Assembly: GCA_022813865.1 (NCBI GenBank) | Contig: JALDZX010000040.1 | Coordinates: forward strand, 1 to 64,000 | Length of the DNA stretch: 64,000 nt | Origin: Xylographa opegraphella | Taxonomy: Eukaryota | Reading direction: 5' to 3' | Shown here: piece after piece, positions 37,587 through 47,289 of the stretch | Layout of the letters: the number at the start of each line of letters is the position of its first letter | How positions within the stretch are numbered: the first letter of the stretch is position 1 | Position numbers and translations under genes: made by a program | Notes under the pieces: generated by a model | What the model saw: the letters and a program-made list of their open reading frames with translations, nothing else | Told to the model about the DNA's origin: nothing | Databases searched by the model: none

Positions 37587-39579
37587 AGTGGCGAGGAGAC
37601 AGGCCTTTCAACCGTGTAGAATGAGAATTAATTGAGCACAAGAGATAGTTTATATAGCCAAAAAATCAGGACGTTACAGGATGTACAACCTGCATAGAAA
37701 TGAAACCTCTTCGGTTGACATGCAGGCTTGTGCCTAGGTCAAGCTGGTATCGACTCAGGTCCTCATCATTTTAGCTTCGTTATAGGCATCGATGATGGAG
37801 AGTGACCAGAGTCACCTACGGAGACTAGAGACGTGAGGCGATCTTCGAACGACGTTGGAGCTGCATGAATTCGTCCACGAAGAAGCATTGGGCGAAAGGT
37901 TACGGATGAGTGATATGAACGGAGAAACGAGTAAAACTACGATGGCGTATTTATATAAGATACAGTACTCCTGATCTTGAGAATTGCTGTTTCTTCTTGT
38001 TGCTCGCATTGAATCATTTACTATGACTAGCTAGCCACGGATCATTGGACATACAAAACGACTTTGCAGTCAGAGCTGGCCTTCCGACGCTTGCAAACGG
38101 ACGGCAACTTGGTGGCAGACGCTTCATTGCGGTATTGCCAATGCACTTTCGGACATTGATCTTGGTCAGAGAACACACACCACCAAAGCTTCCACCACCG
38201 ACCTCCGTCTCGTCCCAACTCACAATAGATGATATTCCGGAGAGCGACAGATGTTATAGCTGCGACACGTGGCGAGCGCGTCAAGCATGAAGTGAGGAAG
38301 AGAGCCGCGTTTCATGCAAGGCAAAGCCGATCCTACCTTTCTATTATTATCGCCCAAGATCGTGAAGGCTGGATGTGCTGCGATCGGCTAGGTTGATGTG
38401 TGGGTATGATTGATGAGATATCGCTGCGAGTTACTACCGCACCAATGATGGCCGGAATGCAGTTACGGTGTGTGCATCTGTGCTTATGCGGTTCGGATTA
38501 TATTTATGTTGAAGAACAGTCGATGATATACATATATATATATCAGCTTGTAGCTGACTGCTCTCTGCATGCCAGATGGAGATGTTCATTTGTTACGGGG
38601 TGCATAGAGGGAGAATGGGTACCTTAATAATGTAGAACAAGAAGAGGGTGTGAATTTACTAAAATTAAGCTACTCCAATCCAATCGTGCTTCGGGCCGGC
38701 CCTTGAGCAAGAAAGGGACTAGCCGGGGGATCTAGCCGCTTTAGTGCGTGTTCTGGTCCCACCCTCGACACAGTAAGCGACGGAGTGCGCTGCGAGTGAG
38801 GTGGAGATGTGATCGGCCCTTTCTCTTTACATACCGTGCCGGGTATGATGGTTGTGGCGACGAGTGTAGTATTTGTCGCCGGGAAGGACGCTCAGTGTGT
38901 CGGCGTCAAGAGATGGACTCGGTGCACAATCCTTTCGATGTTTTAATTTGATCTGCTCATCAACTACTTGCAGCGCTTCGAATCACGACTCGACGTGGAC
39001 CAAGCGCCGGCGCTACACACGCTTCTAACCGGGTCGGGCTTAAGCATCCGTCAGCCCACGCATGTCTGAGGGCGGCGGCGGCGTTTGACTGGTTCGTGAT
39101 GTGTGAAGTGCGAGCGGATGGGTGTGAAGGCTTCCAGCTTTCGTTGCCAGCAATTGATTCTTACTCGTCCACTCGCCCACACTTCATCCTGCAGAGAGGG
39201 CCGCAGTTCGAACATCCCTCCCGGGATCCAGGCCTCCCCCCCCACAACAACGGAGTACCTACCTTAGGTACGAAGGTAGACTGCCTGCCGATTCCATGCA
39301 CCAAAGCTGGTGCCGCCCTCAACTCATGCTGCTTGGTCACACCGATAATGCCGTTGACCCTCCTCCATCGTGCCCTCGGCGCCTAAGCCTCCTCCTACCA
39401 GTGTCCACCGAACTGTCCCTCAAAAGAACGGTCAGGCCTCCTTCGCGCTGAGCACTTGTTCGTCCGAGTTTCATATCACTGCCCTCGCCGCCGTTCCTTC
39501 CTCAACGCCAACGTCTTACTTCTCGCTCTCGATTCTTCATCGCCAAGACACTCTCTCGCCGCCGAGGACGACGACCACG

Positions 39580-40399
39580 ATGCTGTCCCAGCTTTCCACG
39601 AGCGCATGCTGCCTGTTCGCCTTCCTCGCCTGTGCGTCGGCACACACCGTCATCACATACCCAGGCTGGAGAGGTGACAATCTGCTTTCCAACGGCACCC
39701 AAGCCGAGGCGAACGGCTTGGGCGTCGGGCCAGACAATACTTTCCCGTACGGAATGCAGTGGATGTATCCATGTAGGCATCACCAACTGTCCTACTGTCT
39801 GACCCTCCGTCGCTGACCTTCTTGCGACTTAGGCGGAGGCATGCCGTCGACGACGAATCGAACACTGTGGCCCATCGGTGGAGGTGCGATTGCAGTGCAG
39901 CCGGGATGGGCCGTCGGTCATGCGACTGCCTTCATGTACTTCAACCTGGGCATGGGCACCATCCCCGTCAACATGTCCTTGCCCATGATGCCCGTCTTCC
40001 AGATCACCGGACCCACCCGACAATCCTATGCCGGCGGCTTTTGCTTCCCGCAGGTTCCTCTGCCGGCCGGCGTGTCGCCTCAGATTGGTGACAACGCTAC
40101 GATACAGGTGGTGGAGGCTGCCGTACACGGAGCCGCGCTCTACAGTGTAAGGTCTCCTGTGATTGCGGTGTGAGGATCGGTTCATTGACGGCGAGATTTA
40201 GTGTGTCGATATCACGTTCGCCGATCCGAAAGACGTGGCCCAGGTCAATGCCAGCAACTGCCAGAACTCGTCGGACATCGGTTTCAATCTGGTCTATGGC
40301 ACCGCTAGTTTAGGAGGCGCTTCAGCCATCTCGCGGCCATCGTCACTGATGGTCTCCATACCACTCGCCGCCGTTCTGCTTTGGGGTCTCCTTGCCTAG
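39580..40399 (+). CDS. GPI-anchored BIM1/X325-like copper-binding (LPMO-like) protein
   Basis: Signal peptide ending ACASA with a mature N-terminal His (HTVITYPGWRGDNL), YPCGG, QPGW..GH, NATIQVVE..HGAALYSCVDITF and a hydrophobic GPI tail. Introns 39773-39832 and 40147-40201. Confidence 0.8.
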
Positions 40400-41071
40400 A
40401 CTGATCACCACCGGCTGAGCGAACACTGCCCTCCTAACGTCCAGCGACCACGGAGGGAAGTACGAGTCAGTGGAGCGAAGACTGACCGAGTATGAGTCGT
40501 ACGATACAGAGAAAGACCACTACACTTCTAATCGGACCCGGCGCACCGGGGGCTACCGCATGTTTACCGGGTGATATTGGAGACGAGGGACCGGGGTGTA
40601 ACAGCATTGGTGGCGTTGGATGATATCCTCGTTCGATCTCGTGTCGCCATTCACTATTGAGAAGGCATTTGTATATAGACATCTCCAGCCGTGGGAAGGG
40701 TGGGCAATTCTAGTTTCAATTTGACTCGGAACCTGATTCTCGTCTTCTCTCGTGCGATCTTGTGTTTTCGGTGGCCGTCCTCGGCACAGTTTCCGGCTCT
40801 GTCTGCCTTTTGATCCACCCTCGATATGCGTCGCGCCTGCCTCCAATACTTTTGCCAAGATATCATACGAGCCTGGGAATCTGCTCTCCCTCTCAGCGCC
40901 TTCACCACACATCTGTTATATCTCTCACCGTATTTCATTCCCTTGACAAGCACCTGCATCGTATACCATAACATCTCCATTCGTTTCTTCAGCACAATCT
41001 ATCTCTCTTTTTTATATCGGTTCTGCTTTTTTCCTTTACCTTCTTTTTTTTTGGTTCACCACAGACAAGCA

Positions 41072-42676
41072 ATGGGCAACGAGTGCAGCCACGAAATCGC
41101 TCCACGGGGATCCGATCTGATCGACATCCACCAAGGCCTCCTGTACACGGTGCTCGAGTTCATCTTCACCCACGCCGCCTCGCCCGGGGCGCTGGCGGCC
41201 TTTATCTCCTCGTGCCCCTGGCCCGGTCTCCCCGGTCTTCCCGGGTACCCGGAGCACCACGACAAAGCGTGCGACCTGCTCGGCCTCTTCGCTCTGGTCG
41301 CCCACATCCTCCCCGCCGACGACTTCGCCGCGGCCTTTGTCGAGCCGCAGCCGTCGGACTGGGTCGCCGAGTATCTAGCGGCGGCTGGCGAGAAGAACAC
41401 GCGGGTTTGCGACGATCCCAGGCTCCGCCTGCGGGACCGAGATCTGCAGCTCCTCGGGCACATGCAGCACGAGAGCAAGCGGCTGTATAGGGAGATGTCC
41501 TTGCGCAACGCTCGGTGCGGCTGGAGTACGCTCTCCGCCAGGACGGAGCGACAGGGGCGGGTGAGGGGCCGGACGCGCTACATCACCGTCGCCGGGGCGT
41601 ACCATGTCATGAACGGAGACGCCAAGCTCGAGGCGGTGCGGAAGGCTCTGGCACTCCTGGCCTCTCTGGTGCAGCACGCCGATCTGGGAACCGTGTTCCG
41701 CAAGATCACGCTGCCCAGATACGTTCGGCGGTTCGTGCACATGCTGCCTCCATCGGCGTCGCAGCGACGAGAGATCTTCACGCTGAGCAGGCTGGTCGGA
41801 ACCTTCGAGGCCGAGGAGGCGAGGCTGCTGGGCATCAAGCGCGAGCGCGCGAGCAGGGCTCAGGCCGGCCACTTCCTCTGGCCGCGGTGGGGGACCGCGC
41901 GCCCGCGACCTGCGCGGACGAGCCATGCGCCTTTGCTGCCGTCGTGCGTGAAGCCCGAGGATACAGTCTCGCACGAGCGCGCGATGCCGAATACCCTTTC
42001 CCGCGGAACCGTCGATGCGAAAGCGCTCTGGAAGTCGGGGGACTTGAACGTCTTGCGGATCCTCCAGGGGGTGGCTAGGATCAGGGCATTGCGCAGGGGG
42101 GGATTCAGCACGACGTGGTCGTTCGGGACTTCCATTTTGGGGGGGGTGGCACCGCACGCTGGTATCGGGAGTGCACGCGCCGCCGCGGCGGCGGGTCGGG
42201 GAAGCGGCGTGCGGCGATTTAAGGAGGGGCCGAATGCTACTTTTCGTACCGGTCTCGCGGTGCGTAACGACCCGGATGGAGATGGCAGCGACAGCGACAA
42301 GACGGTCATGGGGAGCTGTGGCCGTGCTGCTGCTTCCGACGACGTGGCGGACGCTGGGGACGGAAGGATACCTCTTACGGAAAACTGCCTTGCGACCTTC
42401 AACGACGCACAACAATTTCCAGACAACGGTCACCAGCGTTATGCGGATCACGCATGGGATGATTCCGAGCTGTACTCCGCAGACGATGCCGTTTCGTCGC
42501 CCACGCCGCCACAGCTCGAGGCCTTTCCTGCCGGCATGGCCTTGTCGGGGGAGTGGGCTTTCACGAAGCTGCTTTACAGTCCTGCTGTGCGTGACGTGGG
42601 GCCGGAGGAGGCGGAGGATGCGTGGCTGCTTTGGACCATGGACGATGTGGAGGATGTGGGGAGTGCGGGCTCGTGA
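41072..42676 (+). CDS. Intronless GC-rich hypothetical protein (~534 aa)
   Basis: Long ORF with high GC3 from ATG 41072 (MGNECS...). No recognised domain. Confidence 0.6.
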   Translation: MGNECSHEIAPRGSDLIDIHQGLLYTVLEFIFTHAASPGALAAFISSCPWPGLPGLPGYPEHHDKACDLLGLFALVAHILPADDFAAAFVEPQPSDWVAEYLAAAGEKNTRVCDDPRLRLRDRDLQLLGHMQHESKRLYREMSLRNARCGWSTLSARTERQGRVRGRTRYITVAGAYHVMNGDAKLEAVRKALALLASLVQHADLGTVFRKITLPRYVRRFVHMLPPSASQRREIFTLSRLVGTFEAEEARLLGIKRERASRAQAGHFLWPRWGTARPRPARTSHAPLLPSCVKPEDTVSHERAMPNTLSRGTVDAKALWKSGDLNVLRILQGVARIRALRRGGFSTTWSFGTSILGGVAPHAGIGSARAAAAAGRGSGVRRFKEGPNATFRTGLAVRNDPDGDGSDSDKTVMGSCGRAAASDDVADAGDGRIPLTENCLATFNDAQQFPDNGHQRYADHAWDDSELYSADDAVSSPTPPQLEAFPAGMALSGEWAFTKLLYSPAVRDVGPEEAEDAWLLWTMDDVEDVGSAGS

Positions 42677-42908
42677 ACGGTGGGGACGGAGTTGGTCGTG
42701 GAGATTGGGGGTTGGACGGAGGGGGTTGCTTTGAGGTCTGGGATTCGGGTTGGGTGGGAATTAGGCGTGTGGGGGGGGCATATATGGATAGCGGATATGT
42801 AGTTGGTTAGGTGTCATGAGGGACAAATAATATGTTTCGGACAAGAATGAATGGTTTCCAATGATCATCCTCCGTTATCGCCGACCACACTCCCACCCAG
42901 TCCATCCA

Positions 42909-44146
42909 TCACTCCTTCTGTCCAACCCTCTCCGTCCCGCTCCATCCCTCCTCCACGTTCCCACCAATCCTCCTCCCCAATGCCCTCCGCAGCACCCACT
43001 CCTTACTCCTCACCGCCTCCTCCACCTCGCCCTCCGCCAACAGCGGGATGACATCTCCGCCACCCAGCCGCCTCAACAGCACCTCGTCATCGGGCCGGGC
43101 GAAATACACGACGCTATACTTTGGCACAGCGGCCTGCTCGCCGGGCGGGGCCACGACGCGGTGGACGTTGGAGCGCAGCACGCCGGCGGAGAACTTGGCC
43201 ATGGCGTCGCCGAGGTTGACGATGGCGCAGCCGGGCAGGGGTCGCACGTACAGCCACTCGGGGGGGCCTTGGCCCGGCGAGGCTGTGGGCGGCAGGACCT
43301 GCAGGCCGCCGACGCGGTTGAAGAGCAGCGTCAGGGAGCCGAAGTCGGTGTGGGCGCCGAGGGCCGGCTGCGCGGTGGAGGGGTCTTGCGGCGGGGCTTT
43401 GAGCAGTCGGACCTGGTCGCCGGAGGGGGCGGTGAGGCGGTGAAGGGAGGGGAGCGTGTGCGGGGGGAGGTGCAGGTGCTGGTCGAGGTGGGTGAGGAGG
43501 TGGGTGAGGATGGAGTGGGCGGAGTGGATGTAGGATGCGAAGAGGGCGTGGTTGTGGGCGAGGATGGCGGGGGCGGGTAAGGGCGGGGAGAGGGCGAGGA
43601 TGTCGTCTTTGGAGACCTAAGGCGGAGGGAGGGAGGATTAGTATTGTGGATTTCCTGCATGGACGTTAGGGGGGGCGGCGAAGCTGACGTTGTAGAACTC
43701 GTTGCGGTCCAGCGTGCCTTCCTTGTCGATAATGGCTTTGCCGTAGCCCTTGTAGCTGCAGGATACCTTATATAAGTTCACGAATGTCGCGGGTGCCAGC
43801 ACTGACGGATTGCGTACCCGAAATACGACTTCTCGCCGCTGAAGTCATACTTCTGCTTCTCCTCTACGTCGAGGTTGAATAGCTGCTCTCCAACCTTGAA
43901 TAGACGGTCGACATCGTCGAGGATGGAGTCACCCTCGTGGCTATCGCGAAGATCAAGGTAGAAGAAGCCTAGTTGTTTCGAGGCTTCGAAGAGTCGCTTG
44001 GACTCTTCGACATCGCCGTCGAGGAGTTTCTTGAACGACAGTTTGAGGAGAGGTGCACAGGGTACGTCATTGGGGAAGGGAGGAATATTGGAGAATCCTC
44101 GGAGGCCCGTCAACAGGGCTGGGGCCGTTATCGTTTCTGTCAGCAT
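42909..44146 (-). CDS. 2-oxoglutarate/Fe(II) dioxygenase (IPNS/DIOX_N family)
   Basis: IPPFPNDVPCAPLLKLS..GFFYLDL, AHTDFGSLTLLFNRVGGLQV, VNLGDAM..RSNVHRVV..KYSVVYFARP. Two introns. Confidence 0.93.
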
Positions 44147-44604
44147 CGTAAGCTTAATATAAGTATCTTGAGTTTGCAATGCGACAATGGTCCAGCATCA
44201 CTTGATTTGGACTGTCTTCGGAGACAAAACGCTGCCGATCATTTTGCACAATTCCGTATTGCGGGGAACGTGAGAGCGGTACGATAAGAACATCGCCTCT
44301 CATGGATCTCACGAACATAATGATGCTGCAGGAGTGAATGTATACAAGCATACAAGATGAACAGATCTCAGGCTTCGAGAATTTATTCTCATTGAACCAC
44401 AATTACATTTATCCAGTTCTGCAGTCAATTCCGTGTGCCAGATGTCCCGAGGTCCAAATATAAACACCACAGCCAATGTCAATCTGTACCACTACTACCT
44501 TTCGCCCTTCAACAGGAACCTCATCAACGGAGCTATGACCTGCTTTGGTTCAGATTTCCTGGCTGATGTATTTGCAAGCACGTCGATAAACTTACGTAGC
44601 TGGC

Positions 44605-45297
44605 TCATAGCCTAGAACCATGAATGACCTTGTAGTCGACGGCAAGTTCACGGCCTCCATCATTGATGACCAAAACACGAACACTTCCCCGTCCGTGTTC
44701 GAACGACTCGCTCAGTCTCGACAACAGTCCATCCTGGTCGATAACCGGTAGGCCTTGCTTGATATCACCGCTCTCAGTCATGGCAACAACACGGCCATCC
44801 TCGCGGATATCCAACACACGATACTGTTTAAAGACTGGGCCATACATGTTCTGCACAATGACTGAAGGAGCAGGATTGGAGGAGAAGCTTGACTCTTCGT
44901 GGAGCTGCTTGGTGAAAAGGTCAACTCCAAGATAGCGGTGCTGTCCAGTCTGAGAGGAGGTGCTGATGCGGATCACCTGGCAAGGGCGGCCTTGCAGTAT
45001 CAGGAGATCGCCCACACGGATGTGGTGGCACGGAATGGTGATCGAGTTCGGCATGTTGCGTGGCACCTCAGGGTACTGTTGACGCGGTGCTTCAGAGTAT
45101 TGAACGCTCTCGCGTACTGTCTCGCGTATAGGTGGAGGTGCAGAATGTTCGGACCGTCCGCTCTTATGTTCAATGACAATCTCCTCGCGGTCGTGATGAT
45201 GGTGGTGATGGTCGAATGGGTGAAGAACACGATCGGCAGCTCGTTCTAGACCACGACGGAATGAGTGATAGTGTCCCGCGTCGTCGTAATAGCCCAT
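44605..45297 (-). CDS. hex-1: Woronin body major protein HEX-1 (AUG-initiated core)
   Basis: MGYYDDAGHYHSF, poly-His, eIF5A-like fold (IPCHHIRVGDLLILQGRPCQVIRIS, HRYLGVDLFTKQLHEESSF) and C-terminal PTS1 SRL. Confidence 0.97.
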   Translation of the reverse strand: MGYYDDAGHYHSFRRGLERAADRVLHPFDHHHHHHDREEIVIEHKSGRSEHSAPPPIRETVRESVQYSEAPRQQYPEVPRNMPNSITIPCHHIRVGDLLILQGRPCQVIRISTSSQTGQHRYLGVDLFTKQLHEESSFSSNPAPSVIVQNMYGPVFKQYRVLDIREDGRVVAMTESGDIKQGLPVIDQDGLLSRLSESFEHGRGSVRVLVINDGGRELAVDYKVIHGSRL

Positions 45298-45907
45298 ATC
45301 ACGTTTCTTGGGCTGTTCGACGGTCGTCTCTGCCTCGATGTGCACGTGCTCTCGAGGGGCTCGACGCTCGTATTCAATCCCGGCGTCGGAGTTGTTGCGT
45401 CGACGATACTCACGTTCGGTTACGTCGATTTCAGTTTCACGATGAGGACGCTCGATGTCGATGTTGATGTCGGTATGCTGCTTGAGCGGTGCTTGGTAGC
45501 TGTAGCGTTAAGCAAATTAGATAGTGTTAATGTAGAAGAAAGATGCTCGACAATAGACCGTGCTCGATCTGGCGGATGTTGGGTGGAATGATGACCTACC
45601 GATCTCGAGCAAGTTCTACTTCGGGGAATCGACGGTCGCGTTCTTCGTAGACTCTGATATCCTCGCTGCGGCGCGGACGGCGGTTACGGTCCTCGTCGTA
45701 GATCTTTACCTCTTCCTGTTCTTGACGACCTCTGCCGGGCAGCGAGGCGGAGAAGGAAGTAGTGCGAGTTTCGTGACCTTCCCGTCCGACGCGCTCGGTG
45801 TTGACCTCTCCTTCTACTCTAGTACGAGTAGTCTCGTCAACGACGTCGCTCCGGTACGACGATGGGAAGATGCTGAAAGGGACAGGAACTCTGGCGTCAA
45901 AGTCCAG
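45298..45907 (-). CDS. Putative CUG-initiated 170-aa N-terminal extension of HEX-1
   Basis: Exon 45907-45600, GT-AG intron 45599-45500 and exon 45499-45298 read without stops and in frame into the MGYY ATG: (L/M)DFDARVPVPFSIFPSSYRSD..FPEVELARDR..EIDVTEREYRRR. No in-frame ATG up to a TAA near 45960. Confidence 0.6.
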
Positions 45908-47289
45908 GTTGACTGTGGTAGTGGAGCGGGCTGGGTGTCTTGGACAGCCTCCGAAGTGTTAAAGCAACAATTCGAAGGGAGAGACAAGGACAACGACTCT
46001 CTCGATGGGTGATGATGAGGAGGAGAAGGTTCGGACAGTTAAAAGAAGGAGAGGGATGTTTGTGGACAACTGCCTTTAGCTTTGGTGTGAGTCTAGTTTA
46101 ATTGATGTTGACGTGGGTCGGGACGTCCTCTGCTCTGATTCGACAGCCAGAATGCAGTGTTTCTGCACAACTCGGGCCCCAGTGAACGATCTTCCGCTCG
46201 GGTGGGCCACGTCTACGGTGGTGATGTCGGAAATACGAGTGGACGACAGAATGAGAGAAAGGTAAGGATGGAGGGAGGTGAGATGGGGGGGATGTTGGGG
46301 TGCAAGCTTGTGAAAGTCGAAGGCTGGTCCTGTTGACTCGTGCTTTTGGGCGCGCGGGCTGGTGGTCGGGCTGAACTTTCGATTGTTTACGGAGTTACGG
46401 AGTACTAGTGACTCCTCAAGCCAGTGGAAAACACGGATGGGGATCCCAAGGGCGACTTTCATTCACCAAAACAAGGTCAGCCAATCTGTCAACAATCCTG
46501 GAAGCTAGCCAGGGAGAGCTTTCGCGTCGTTGTCACACAGCAACGGATCCGACAGGGGTGCTCTTCTCAGCAAATCTACCAGTAACAGTGTATGCAGTTG
46601 CTCCATCGAATAACAAAGTCGATGTGGTTATGGGAGACAACTGCTCGGGCATGATCAGTGATTGAGATTCTGGATAGGAAGACGGCGAGGCTTCAATGGC
46701 CGACCATCAGCAATCAAGATCCTGCTTGGGGTCCCCCTCGATGGCTTTTGGGGTGGATAGACCACCAGAGCCTGGATGTCGGGCGTGGACTGCCCTCATT
46801 GGTGCATCAAGCGTCGCGGATGCACCTTCGGCCACTGCTTTTCAGCTCGCATGCAACTGGCTTTGCTGCCTCATGCAAGCCGCTGGCACTGGGCTCTCGT
46901 TTCTCTAGCGAATAGGATGCCGTTGCCGTCGACCTCGCATTTCACTTGTGGGTAACTGCTCCCAAGCACAAGAGGACGACATGCGAGAGCGAACAGTTGA
47001 CGATAATCAGAATGCTTGGATCTGTTAGGCATGCAATTTGTGCTCGACCTTGCTATACGGCAAGCACCCTACCCTAGCCACCGGGCTTCTCGTCTACCAC
47101 TACCAGCACAATCCTGTGACTCACTCATAATATACACAAATGCGTATGAAAACAGCGCAGTGTCAACGTTTGCGAGACTTGGTTATTTTATTACGTACAG
47201 ATTTCAGTCGTCGGTGACGGGGCACCTGGTTCGGTGTGCAACGGCAGTTTTAACAAGATAATATGCTGCCGGTGGCATGGGCATTACAA

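Noticed and set aside
38045..38290. DIQNDF motif resembling the isochorismatase/nicotinamidase start
   Set aside because: No ATG and no downstream catalytic motifs; likely chance.
38525..38543. (TA)n microsatellite
   Set aside because: Ordinary short intergenic repeat.
41375..42451. 358-aa minus-strand ORF and other overlapping ORFs in GC-rich tracts (also 60458-61090, 62578-63326)
   Set aside because: Expected by-product of high GC; composition is not protein-like.
45265..46012. Plus-strand ORFs opposite hex-1 and its extension
   Set aside because: Antisense frames kept open by the codon bias of the minus-strand coding sequence.
46076..46462. Minus-strand ORF (..ILAVESEQR..) as the AUG-bearing first exon of long HEX-1
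   Set aside because: The nearby GT sites are in the wrong phase to join the ccacag acceptor, and no good consensus donor was seen; not fully excluded without RNA data.
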